The position numbers and the translations under genes are program-made. DNA of 64,000 nucleotides, from contig JAYUUN010000120.1 of assembly GCA_043754535.1 (NCBI GenBank), forward strand, positions 1-64,000, written 5' to 3'. Source of the stretch: Chloroflexota bacterium (GTDB lineage: Bacteria > Chloroflexota > Chloroflexia > QHBQ01). Numbering within the stretch: position 1 is the first letter of the stretch; each line of letters starts with the position of its first letter. The notes under the pieces are model-generated. The model did not search any database and was not told the DNA's origin. It saw only the letters and a list, made by a program, of their open reading frames with translations. Of this stretch, positions 52,149 to 61,557 are shown piece after piece.

Positions 52149-54086
52149 TTACTTTAGCTCCATTGCTAGCATCTTCAGGTAGCCGTCCTCCCCGCCCGGC
52201 GTGGGATAGTCCAGGGTAGGCTCCCGGTAGTAGCCGAACACGTTCGCCTGACGGCCCGCCTGTTCGACGGCGGTCAGCACCTGCTTGCGAAAGTCGCGGC
52301 GGTTGACCCCTGCATGGTTGGTGCAGGCCAGCAGGGTACCCCCCGATGATACCACATTGGTCGCCAGCCTTGCCAGTTCGCCGTAGTTCTGGCTGGCACT
52401 GAAGCGCGAAGTGCGGGCGGTGGCGAAGCTGGGCGGATCGAGGATCACCAGGTCGAAGCGTTCGTCGCGCCGCACCAGTCGCTTGAGCCAGTCGAACACG
52501 TCACCGTTGAGGAAGTCGTGGTCGTCCACCGCAAAGCCGTTGGCCTGGTAGTTCTGCTTGCCCCAGTCAAGATAGCGGTCGGAGAGATCAACGTTGAGGA
52601 CGCGGCTAGCCCCGCCAGCGGTGGCCGCCACCCCAAACGGGCAGGTGTAGGCGAAGCAGTTGAGGACGCTCTTACCCTTTGCCCAGCCGCGCACTCTTGC
52701 CCGCGTCTCGCGCATATCGAGGAACAGGCCGATGCTCAGGCCTGCACCGGGGCGGATCAGGTAGGTCAGGCCGTTCTCGCGCACGGCGATCTGCTCTGGC
52801 CCCTTGCCCATCGCCGGGGCAGTAGGGGCCACGAACTCGCCGGTGTCCTCGCTCAGGTTGGCCGCACTCTTGGGCCTACGCTTGAGGTAGACCGCCTGTG
52901 GCTGCACGCTGCGGGCAAGAGCAGAGAGCAAGGTTTTCTCCTGCTCCTCGCTCGCCTCATTGTAGAGGTTTAGCACAAGGACTGCCTGTTGCTCACTCGC
53001 CACCCCGTTTTCTGCTGCTAGGGGGGGGGGCAAGTCGTCGGGCAGGCTGGGCGCGGGTGTGAAGCAGTCTACTGTGATCCCTGGTAGGCCGTCGGCGGCG
53101 GCATTGAACAGGCGGTAGGCAGAGGTGTCACTGGGGTCGGCAGCGAAGGGCGCGCGGCGGTCGGCAGCGGCGGCGAATAGGGCCACTAGCGTGTCCGCGT
53201 CGGCGCGCTCGAAGGCGTACTCCCCGGCACGGTAGAACTGCATCGCCCGCTTTGGCTCACCCTGCCTACCCAGCGTGGGTGGAGGCGGTGGCAGCGGGGC
53301 AGAGCGGGCGATCAACTCCAACTCTGGCAGCCCACGCTTGAGCGACTCGAAGGCCAGTGGCAGCGGGGCTTCAACCACCAGTTGCTCCTTTGTCGTTGGG
53401 TGGGTCAGTTGCAGCTTCGCGGCGTGCAGGTAGAGGCGGGCGGCAGGTCGGTGCTGCGGATCGTAGAGTGGGTCGCCAACAACGGGGTAGCCGAGATGGG
53501 CCAGATGAACACGAATCTGGTGGGTGCGCCCGCTTAGCGGCTCCACCTCCAGCATCGTATAGCGCGCATCACGGTCGCTCTGCACCACGCGCACGCGGGT
53601 AGCAGCCTCCTGCGCCAGGCGATCCCGTGGCGGGGCAACGACCATCCGCTCTGCGTCGTTCGCATCAGGGGCAAGGGGCAAGTCGATGCCCACCCAGCGG
53701 CCAACCCCGCCGCCATGCTTGGCCCGCGAGAGGGGGGCAGCCCGCCTGCCCGTCTTCGCCAACTCTGCTGCCAAGCGGCGTTCCAGTTCGTCAGCGGTAA
53801 CATGGCCGTAGACGATAGCAATGTAGGTCTTGTCCACCAGCCGCTCATCAAAGGCTGCCGCCAGTTCCTTGTTCCCCTTCTGGCCGAGGGTAAAGAGCAG
53901 CACCCCACTCGTCTCACGGTCTAGCCGCTGGTGGATGCCCAGGTAGCCGATGGCAAGTTGCCGCTTTAGCACGCTGGCAACGTCGCTGATCGTAGGATCG
54001 CGGCCCTCAGTTGGATGAGTGTTCAGCCCAGCCGGTTTGTTGACCACTACCAGGATGCTGTCTTTGTAGATAATTGGTATTTGCAT
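52149..54086 (-). CDS. RluA-family pseudouridine synthase fused to an RlmI/RlmK-like SAM methyltransferase
   Basis: NKPAG, HQRLDRETSG, GRTHQIRVH and LHA; then GLFLDMR, LNCFAYTC and ILDPPSF. Confidence 0.9.
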   Translation of the reverse strand: MQIPIIYKDSILVVVNKPAGLNTHPTEGRDPTISDVASVLKRQLAIGYLGIHQRLDRETSGVLLFTLGQKGNKELAAAFDERLVDKTYIAIVYGHVTADELERRLAAELAKTGRRAAPLSRAKHGGGVGRWVGIDLPLAPDANDAERMVVAPPRDRLAQEAATRVRVVQSDRDARYTMLEVEPLSGRTHQIRVHLAHLGYPVVGDPLYDPQHRPAARLYLHAAKLQLTHPTTKEQLVVEAPLPLAFESLKRGLPELELIARSAPLPPPPPTLGRQGEPKRAMQFYRAGEYAFERADADTLVALFAAAADRRAPFAADPSDTSAYRLFNAAADGLPGITVDCFTPAPSLPDDLPPPLAAENGVASEQQAVLVLNLYNEASEEQEKTLLSALARSVQPQAVYLKRRPKSAANLSEDTGEFVAPTAPAMGKGPEQIAVRENGLTYLIRPGAGLSIGLFLDMRETRARVRGWAKGKSVLNCFAYTCPFGVAATAGGASRVLNVDLSDRYLDWGKQNYQANGFAVDDHDFLNGDVFDWLKRLVRRDERFDLVILDPPSFATARTSRFSASQNYGELARLATNVVSSGGTLLACTNHAGVNRRDFRKQVLTAVEQAGRQANVFGYYREPTLDYPTPGGEDGYLKMLAMELK

Positions 54087-54300
54087 AGGGTCAATTATAA
54101 CGAGTCTGGCCCTCAGTTACCAACCTGATCGCGGCTGGTAAGTGGTCAGTATTACAGGGCGCAGCCAGCAATTGCCTAAACTGCTACCGCCACCTCTTTC
54201 CTTCACATCCGTGCTGTGCTATAATCAACTGGACATAATCTAGTAGATTGCTGCCGAGGCGGGCCGACGGCGGCCAGGGATGATATAGGAGGTGGCTGAA

Positions 54301-57291
54301 ATGGTTCGCAAAACAAGTGCAGTCCTGCTGACTCTCGTACTGCTAGTTGCGTTCGGCGCAATGGTTGGCTCGGTGGCGGCACAGGTGTGGCCCACCGCGC
54401 CCAGTGCAGCCCTCAAGTGGCGTAACTACTACCCATCGTTCAAAGAGGTGGATGGCACCTCGGCTAGCGACGTGTGGGCGATGGGCAATGCTGGGCGGAT
54501 CGAACACTTCGACGGCACTAGTTGGACCGACGTACCCTCACCGGTCTCCGGTTCAGCGAACATTACCGCCCTGGATATGATCTCTGCCACTGACGGCTGG
54601 GCCTTCACTGTGGATAGTGACATCCTGCACTACGTCAGCGGTAGCTGGGCCAACGTTGGCACCCTCCCCAATTCTTCGCACATTCAAAGCGTAGCGATGA
54701 TCAGTGCAGCTGAGGGCTGGGCGGTAGGCGACGCTAGTTTTGAGGCGGTCATCTTCCACTACACCACCGCTGGGGGCTGGCAGTCAGTTACCCCCCCAGT
54801 TAGTGCTGGCCCGCTGAACTCGATCACTATGCTCAGTGCCACGCGTGGCTTCGCAGTCGGTCTCAACTCTACCATCCTCGACTACAATGCTGGCACCTGG
54901 ACGCTTGTCACTCTGCCTAACGGCCACACCGTCAGCAACCTCTACGCCGTCTTTGCCCTCAGCGCAACGGACGTGTGGGCTAGCGGTCAGTCGGGGGTCT
55001 CCTGGCACTATGACGGCAGCAGCTGGACAGAAGTGGATGTGGACACCGGCAGTCAGGCGATCTACGCAATCTGGATGTTCGGCCCCAACGACGGCTGGGC
55101 GGTCGGCACCGCCGGGGTACGGTTGCGCTACACTGGCAGCTGGGCTGTTGACCGCAATGGGGCTGCACTCGGCGCACTCAACGATATCTTTGGCTACAAT
55201 AATGGTAGCAATCAATTGTGGGCAGTTGGTGACGGCGGCCTCCTGGAGTTCTACAACGGCACAAGCTGGTTGAGCTTTCCCACCCCCCCTGCTCGTGGCG
55301 GCATCATCCCTGCCCCTTACCACAGCGTCAGCCTGCTCTCTAATACCGACGGTTGGGCGGTTGGTGGCATCTCTGCCTTCGGCTCGTCCAGCGGCGAGAT
55401 TGATCACCTGACTAGCCTCGGCGGCGTGCCAACGTGGGTGCGCTATGTGCGACCCGGCAACGCGGTCTTCCCTGGCGAACTGTATGGCGTAGACATGGTG
55501 AGTAGCAGCGATGGCTGGGCGGTCGGCAACAACAACGTGATCTTCCATTACACTGGTGGGGACTGGAACCAGGTCAGCTTTACCCCCGCGAGCGCAATCA
55601 TCTACCGGGCAGTGGACATGGTGAGCAGCAGCGACGGCTGGCTGGTCGGCGATGGCGGGCGCATCTTGCACTACGACGGCACAAGTTGGGCCAGCTACAC
55701 TAGTCCCACCGCCAGCACTCTCCACGCGGTCAAGATGGTGGGCGCAAACGAGGGCTGGGCAGCGGGCGCGGGCGGCACTATCCTCTACTACACTACTACC
55801 ACAGGCACTGGCGTGTGGAGCGTCAGCCGCACTGGTGGCAGCAACCTCTACGGCCTATCGATGTACGACCGCAGCAACGGGGTGGCAGTCGGCGCGAACG
55901 GCAGCGGCCTACGCTACAATGGCACCAGTTGGCTGACGATCCCCGCCACCAACGTCCGTAACCTCTACGGCGTAAAGCTGACCAGCCCCACCTACGGCTG
56001 GGCGGTGGGCGAGTCCGGCCAGTTGCAGGAGTTTAACGGTAGCGGTTGGAGCCTCTACTACGAACTGCCCGCCTACTTCGACCTCGGTGGTATTGACCTG
56101 CTCACCCCTAGCAACAGCGATTGGGGCTGGGCGGTTGGTGGCTCGACCGGCAACAACGGTGGGCCAGCCTTCCTTGTCATCTCCGGCCTACCCAATCAAC
56201 TCACCCCCACGCCAACTGCTACCAGTCCTGCTAGCAGCACGCCAACTGCTACCCCTACCGGCACGATTACGCCACTAGTAACCAATACGCCCAGCAGTAC
56301 GCCCGGCCCCAGTGGTACGCCGACGTTGACCGGCACCCCCGGCCCTACTGGTACACCAACTACTACGCCGACGATTACTAGCACGCCCGGCCCCACTGGT
56401 ACGCCGACGATTACTAGCACGCCTGGCCCCACTGGTACACCTACGGCCACGCCCACCGTGACGAACACGCCGCTGCCGACTGGCACGCCGACGATCACCA
56501 GCACACCGCTGCCAACTGGTACGCCGACGCTGACTGGCACCACTGGCCCCACTGGGACAGCTAGCAGCACGCGAACTGTGACTAGCACACCGGGTGCGGG
56601 TGGCACTGCTACGCTGACCAGCACGCCCGGCGGAGTTGGCACGGCCACCAGGGTGCCAACCGCATCACCGACCAGTTGCGGCATCAACTTCCCCGATATG
56701 CCAGCTAACAACCCCTTCTACTACTACGCGCACTATCTGGTTTGTGCCAACGCGATCAATGGCTTCAGCGATGGCTTGTTCCACCCAGAGCGGTTCGCCA
56801 CCCGTGGTGAGTTCGCCAAGATGTTGGTGCGAACCTACAATTGGCCGCGTACTACGCCGACTAGCGGCCAGAGCTTCGGCGACGTGCCAGCAACCAGCAT
56901 CTGGTTCGGCTACGTCGAGACCCTGAAGGGGCGCAGCGTAGTGGAGGGCTATGATGATACCATGATAGGTCGGCCCTGCGCCACCGCCGCTGTTAGCTCG
57001 CCTTGCTACCTCTCCAACCGCACGATCACCCGCGCCGAACTGGTCAAGCTGGTGGTTACGGCGCGAGGCTGGCCGCGCAATACAGCAGGCACCCCCTTCT
57101 TTGCCGACGTGCCGCTACCCTACTGGGGTCGCGTTTGGATCGAAACCGCCCGCAACCACGCTGTGATCAGCGGCCAGCCTTGCGCCAGTGGCAGTGGCAC
57201 CTGCTTCCGCCCCAACGACCAGATTCGCCGCGACGAGTTGAGCAAAGTCCTGGTTCTTAGCGTAGTCAACGATCTGCTGGGCCGACCTTAG
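54301..57291 (+). CDS. Secreted beta-propeller (YCF48/BNR-like) repeat protein with Pro/Thr linker and SLH domains
   Basis: Signal peptide, many [16 protein letters not shown] repeats, TPGPTGTP repeats, and FPDMP/TRGEFAK/TRAELVK SLH motifs. Confidence 0.85.
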   Translation: MVRKTSAVLLTLVLLVAFGAMVGSVAAQVWPTAPSAALKWRNYYPSFKEVDGTSASDVWAMGNAGRIEHFDGTSWTDVPSPVSGSANITALDMISATDGWAFTVDSDILHYVSGSWANVGTLPNSSHIQSVAMISAAEGWAVGDASFEAVIFHYTTAGGWQSVTPPVSAGPLNSITMLSATRGFAVGLNSTILDYNAGTWTLVTLPNGHTVSNLYAVFALSATDVWASGQSGVSWHYDGSSWTEVDVDTGSQAIYAIWMFGPNDGWAVGTAGVRLRYTGSWAVDRNGAALGALNDIFGYNNGSNQLWAVGDGGLLEFYNGTSWLSFPTPPARGGIIPAPYHSVSLLSNTDGWAVGGISAFGSSSGEIDHLTSLGGVPTWVRYVRPGNAVFPGELYGVDMVSSSDGWAVGNNNVIFHYTGGDWNQVSFTPASAIIYRAVDMVSSSDGWLVGDGGRILHYDGTSWASYTSPTASTLHAVKMVGANEGWAAGAGGTILYYTTTTGTGVWSVSRTGGSNLYGLSMYDRSNGVAVGANGSGLRYNGTSWLTIPATNVRNLYGVKLTSPTYGWAVGESGQLQEFNGSGWSLYYELPAYFDLGGIDLLTPSNSDWGWAVGGSTGNNGGPAFLVISGLPNQLTPTPTATSPASSTPTATPTGTITPLVTNTPSSTPGPSGTPTLTGTPGPTGTPTTTPTITSTPGPTGTPTITSTPGPTGTPTATPTVTNTPLPTGTPTITSTPLPTGTPTLTGTTGPTGTASSTRTVTSTPGAGGTATLTSTPGGVGTATRVPTASPTSCGINFPDMPANNPFYYYAHYLVCANAINGFSDGLFHPERFATRGEFAKMLVRTYNWPRTTPTSGQSFGDVPATSIWFGYVETLKGRSVVEGYDDTMIGRPCATAAVSSPCYLSNRTITRAELVKLVVTARGWPRNTAGTPFFADVPLPYWGRVWIETARNHAVISGQPCASGSGTCFRPNDQIRRDELSKVLVLSVVNDLLGRP

Positions 57292-57484
57292 CAGGCCCCC
57301 CGCACCGAGCCAGCGGCATAGAGCGGGTCTGCGGATCAGCAGCCGTGCGCAGTTACCTTGCTGCGCACTTGCCCCGTGTGGGCAGAAGTTGACAAGCGCG
57401 GCTAAAACGTGTATCCTTGCCCAGTAAAGCAGGCGGTGAACACCATGCCTGATCATGCCATTTTATATAGGAGAATCGCAAAAC

Positions 57485-58984
57485 ATGGATGTCAGAGTAG
57501 ACAGCGGCGCGGTGACTGCGCTCCAAGCTGATGCCCTAATCGTCGGCCTCTTCTTCGGCCAAACCGAACTCAGTGGCGCGCTAGCTGATCTGGACAAAGC
57601 CCTCGACGGTGCGATCAGCGAACTATTGGCGAACAAAGAGTTCAAGGGCGCACGCTACGAAGCCGAGATGGTGTTGACGATGGGCAAACTGGGGGCGCGC
57701 CGCGTGGTGCTGGCTGGCCTGGGTAAAGAGGATCAGTACAGCAGCTACTATGTGCGTACCTGTGCCGCCGCTGCTGCCCGCTCTGCGCGCAAGAAGGGCG
57801 CGACCACTCTTGCCATCCACTTCCCCACTGCTCCCGACACCCACGCCCAGGAAATGGCCCAAGCCCTCACCGAAGGGGTCGTCATGGGCCTGGTTGATCC
57901 TGACATCTACAAGTCGGACAACGAAGATAAGGTAACGGTCACTGCCCTCACCATCCTGAGTGGTGAAGGGGACAGTGCCGCTGCCAGTGAGGGAGTACGC
58001 CGAGGCAACATCATGGCTGAAGCCAGCAATCTCGCCCGCAGCCTGGCCGAGGAACCAGCCAACGTAATGAACCCGGTGCGCCTGGCTGCCGAAGCGCGCA
58101 AGGTGGCCGAGCAATACGGGTTGGAGATTGAGGTGCTGGGCCGTGCCGAGATGGAGCAGCGGGGCATGGGCAGTATCCTGGGGGTTGCCCTGGGCAGTGT
58201 CACCGAGCCACAACTGATCGCCCTGAAGTACATGAAGGGTGGTGTAGATGCAGAGACGGTTGCCCTCATCGGCAAGGGTATTACCTTCGACACTGGTGGC
58301 ACCAGTATCAAGCCTGCTGAGAATATGCACTACATGAAGTATGATATGTGTGGGGCGGCGGCAGTGTTGGGCGCGATCAAGGCTATCGCCGAGTTTGGCC
58401 CAGCCGCCAACGTGATCGGCGTAATGTGCTGCGTAGAGAATATGCCCGGTGGGGCAGCCCAGCGGCCTGGTGATGTGGTGCGTGCCAGCAACGGCAAGAC
58501 GATTGAGGTGCTGAACACCGATGCGGAAGGCCGCTTGGTGCTGGCCGACGGCATCGTTTGGGCGCAGAAGTTGGGCGCGAGGCACGTGGTAGACATCTGC
58601 ACCCTGACTGGGGCCGCCGTGATCACTCTGGGCCACGCCGCTACCTGTCTGCTTGGTAGTCCCCAGGTGTGGGTGGATCAAGTCAAGCGCGCCTCCGACG
58701 AGTCGGGCGAGCGGGTCTGGCAACTGCCGATCTTCCCCGAATACCGCGAACAACTAAAGAGCAACATCGCAGACCTCGCCAACGTCGGCGGGCGGCCCGC
58801 AGGTACGATCACTGCTGCCGTCTTCATCCAGCAGTTTGTGGAAGACGGCAATAGCTGGGCGCACCTCGACATCGCCGCCACCGCCTACACCGAGCGCGAC
58901 CTGCCCTATCTGCCGCAAGGCTCCTCCGGGGCTGGTGTCCGCACCATGACCAATCTAATCCTTGACCTTGCTAACGGCAAGTAA
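57485..58984 (+). CDS. pepA: Leucyl aminopeptidase (M17)
   Basis: GKGITFDTGG, MKYDMCGAA, NTDAEGRLVLAD, TLTGA and WAHLDIA motifs. Confidence 0.96.
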   Translation: MDVRVDSGAVTALQADALIVGLFFGQTELSGALADLDKALDGAISELLANKEFKGARYEAEMVLTMGKLGARRVVLAGLGKEDQYSSYYVRTCAAAAARSARKKGATTLAIHFPTAPDTHAQEMAQALTEGVVMGLVDPDIYKSDNEDKVTVTALTILSGEGDSAAASEGVRRGNIMAEASNLARSLAEEPANVMNPVRLAAEARKVAEQYGLEIEVLGRAEMEQRGMGSILGVALGSVTEPQLIALKYMKGGVDAETVALIGKGITFDTGGTSIKPAENMHYMKYDMCGAAAVLGAIKAIAEFGPAANVIGVMCCVENMPGGAAQRPGDVVRASNGKTIEVLNTDAEGRLVLADGIVWAQKLGARHVVDICTLTGAAVITLGHAATCLLGSPQVWVDQVKRASDESGERVWQLPIFPEYREQLKSNIADLANVGGRPAGTITAAVFIQQFVEDGNSWAHLDIAATAYTERDLPYLPQGSSGAGVRTMTNLILDLANGK

Positions 58985-59035
58985 CCACCTGCCGAGCTAG
59001 CAGCGCAGGCAGGGCAATCGCTGGCGTACCTTTGG

Positions 59036-60091
59036 GTGCGCCGCTTTGTTGCTGGAAGGCCAATCAGTGTGCCAGTGACCAGCCCAGCCTTGCGCCGTCT
59101 GGCCGAGGCTGCCCTGGGTGATTACGACCTGGTTGGCAGCCTGCGCCTGGTTTCGCGGCGCAACAACCTGATCTTCCGCCTGACTTGCGCGGCGGGTGAC
59201 TTCGCCCTACGTATCCACGATCCCTTCAACCAGGGGAGTGGCACCCTTGAGCAGGAGCTTGCCTACGTCGGCTCCGAACTCACTTGGCTACGCGCCCTCA
59301 GCCGAGACACCCGGTTGGTGCTACCACGCCCTGTCGCCAACAGGGCTGGTGGGTTGGTGACGCAGGTAGGGGTGGATGGAGTAGAGGGGGCGCGGAACTG
59401 TTCGCTGGTAGCCTGGGTGGACGGCAGGTTCTACGACAAAGGCTTGCGCCCCTGGCACCTGGAGCAGGTAGGCGAGATGACCGCGCACCTGCACGACTAC
59501 TCGCTCAGCTTCGTGCCGCCAGCCAGCTTCGAGCGCGGCCACCCCGATGGGCTGGATGGGCCAGAGGGGGAAGCGCAGTTTGCCCCCCTGCACAGCGAGG
59601 TTGAGGCTGCCGCTGCCGCCGTTGGTGGTGAGTTCGCCGCCCACTCAGCCTCAGCGGGTGACCTGGTGCAGCGGGCGATCCGCCGCATCTGGGCCGACCT
59701 ACGCGAACTGGGGGCTGGGCGCGAAGTCTACGGTCTGATCCACGCCGACATCCACCAGGCGAATTACCTGTTCGCAGGCCGCGCCGGTCGGCTGATCGAC
59801 TTCAACAACTGTGGCTTTGCTCACTATCTCTACGACTTTGCCCCGATCTTGCACAATCTGCTTGACCGCCCCGACTACCCTGCTCTGCGGGCGGCTCTGC
59901 TGCGCGGCTATCAACGAGTGGGCCGCCTGCCTGCCGCCTTTGATCGCTACCTCAACAGCCTGTTGGCCCTGCGGAGCCTCTCGGTCGCGCACTGGCCGCT
60001 GATTAACCCCGACCACCCCTACTTCGCGGGCAAGCCGCAGCTGGATGTGGCACGGGGGCTGGCTGAAGTGGCAAGGTACATGGCCGGGTTA
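59036..60091 (+). CDS. Aminoglycoside phosphotransferase / type II homoserine kinase-like protein; probably ends at in-frame TTA 60089-60091
   Basis: ALRIH, ELTWL, GLIHADIHQAN and LIDF motifs. Start uncertain. The TTA coincides with the purA TAA on the opposite strand. Confidence 0.75.
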
Positions 60092-61480
60092 TTCTTCCCC
60101 CCCCCACTTTGCCCCAGCAGAGCGGTCGCCCAACGTGCTGACGTAGCGGCTGACGGTGGCGGGTAGTGCATCGAACGGTTTGTTAATCATGATGGTCTGT
60201 TTGCGGTCGGGGCCGACCGATACTATATCCAGCCTCGCACCAATCAACACTTGCAGGCGGTTGAGGTAGGCCCGCGCATTGGCGGGTAGCTCCTTCCACT
60301 CGGTCACGCTGCTGGTCGGGGTCTGCCAGCCGGGTAGCTCCTCGTAGATCGGCACGGCCTTGAGCAGTGAAGCCACATCGCTCGGCATATACTGCACCAC
60401 CGTGTCATTGATCTGGTAGGCGGTGCAGACTTTGATCGTCGCCATGTCATCTAGCGCATCGAGGCGGGTGATCACCAGCCCGCTGATGCCGTTCAGCCGT
60501 GCTACATAGCGCGCCGCTACGCCGTCGAACCAGCCAACCCGCCGCGGTCGCCCGGTGACGGTGCCATACTCGCGGTGGCCTTCGCCGCCCTGATTCCGCA
60601 GGTAGTCGGCTTGTTCGCCCTCAAGCTCGGTCGGGAACGGCCCCTCACCAACGCGGGTGCAGTATGCCTTGTAAACCCCCACCACGTTGTCAATCGCATT
60701 CGGCGGCACACCCGCTCCCAGGCACGCCCCACCTGCTGTCGGTGAAGATGAGGTGACGTAGGGGTAGGTACCATAGTCAATGTCGAGCAATGCACCTTGC
60801 GCCCCCTCTAGCAGGATGTTGTGCCGTTCGTCGAGGGCGCGGTGGATGACAAGGTGGGTGTCAAGGATGTGCTTCCGCAGGCGATGGCCGTAGTCTACGC
60901 ATTGTAGGTAGATGTGGTGGAGGTCGAGTGGCTGTTCGCCATACACTTTGGTCAGCAGTTGGTTCTTCATGTTGAGGACGAAGGAGAGCTTGCTGAGGAG
61001 GGTCTCCTCTTGCACAAGGTCGCCGACGCGGATGCCAATGCGGGCTACCTTGTCCTGGTAAGCCGGGCCGATGCCCCGCTTGGTGGTGCCTACCGATTGG
61101 CCGCTGGCGGCACGGTTGGTCTCCTCCAACTGATCGAGCAGCGCATGGTAGGGCATGAGGACGTGGGCGCGTTCGCTGACCAGCAGGCGGTTGGTGGGGA
61201 TGCCCCGCGCCTCAAGCTCAGCCATCTCACCCAGCAAGGCAGCCGGGTCAACTACCACGCCGTTGCCGATCACTGCGATGATGCGGGGGTTGAAGATGCC
61301 AGAAGGGATCAGGCGCATCTTGAAGGTACCATGCTGGTTGACGATGGTGTGACCGGCGTTGGTGCCACCCTGGTAGCGCACTACTACCCGCGCCTGCTCG
61401 GCAAGGAGGTCAACGATCTTCCCCTTGCCCTCGTCGCCCCACTGCGCGCCGATAATTGCCACGACTGCCATGCTTGCCAC
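60089..61480 (-). CDS. purA: Adenylosuccinate synthetase
   Basis: GAQWGDEGKGK, NAGHT, GTTKRGIGPAY, EGAQG and GTVTGRPRRVGW motifs. Confidence 0.97.
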   Translation of the reverse strand: MASMAVVAIIGAQWGDEGKGKIVDLLAEQARVVVRYQGGTNAGHTIVNQHGTFKMRLIPSGIFNPRIIAVIGNGVVVDPAALLGEMAELEARGIPTNRLLVSERAHVLMPYHALLDQLEETNRAASGQSVGTTKRGIGPAYQDKVARIGIRVGDLVQEETLLSKLSFVLNMKNQLLTKVYGEQPLDLHHIYLQCVDYGHRLRKHILDTHLVIHRALDERHNILLEGAQGALLDIDYGTYPYVTSSSPTAGGACLGAGVPPNAIDNVVGVYKAYCTRVGEGPFPTELEGEQADYLRNQGGEGHREYGTVTGRPRRVGWFDGVAARYVARLNGISGLVITRLDALDDMATIKVCTAYQINDTVVQYMPSDVASLLKAVPIYEELPGWQTPTSSVTEWKELPANARAYLNRLQVLIGARLDIVSVGPDRKQTIMINKPFDALPATVSRYVSTLGDRSAGAKWGGEE

Positions 61481-61557
61481 TCCCGCCTCTCGTTTTGACC
61501 CTCACTGCTGCCATCCTGGTCAATTATAACACAGACGGCGTGGCTGGGAGGGCGTGG

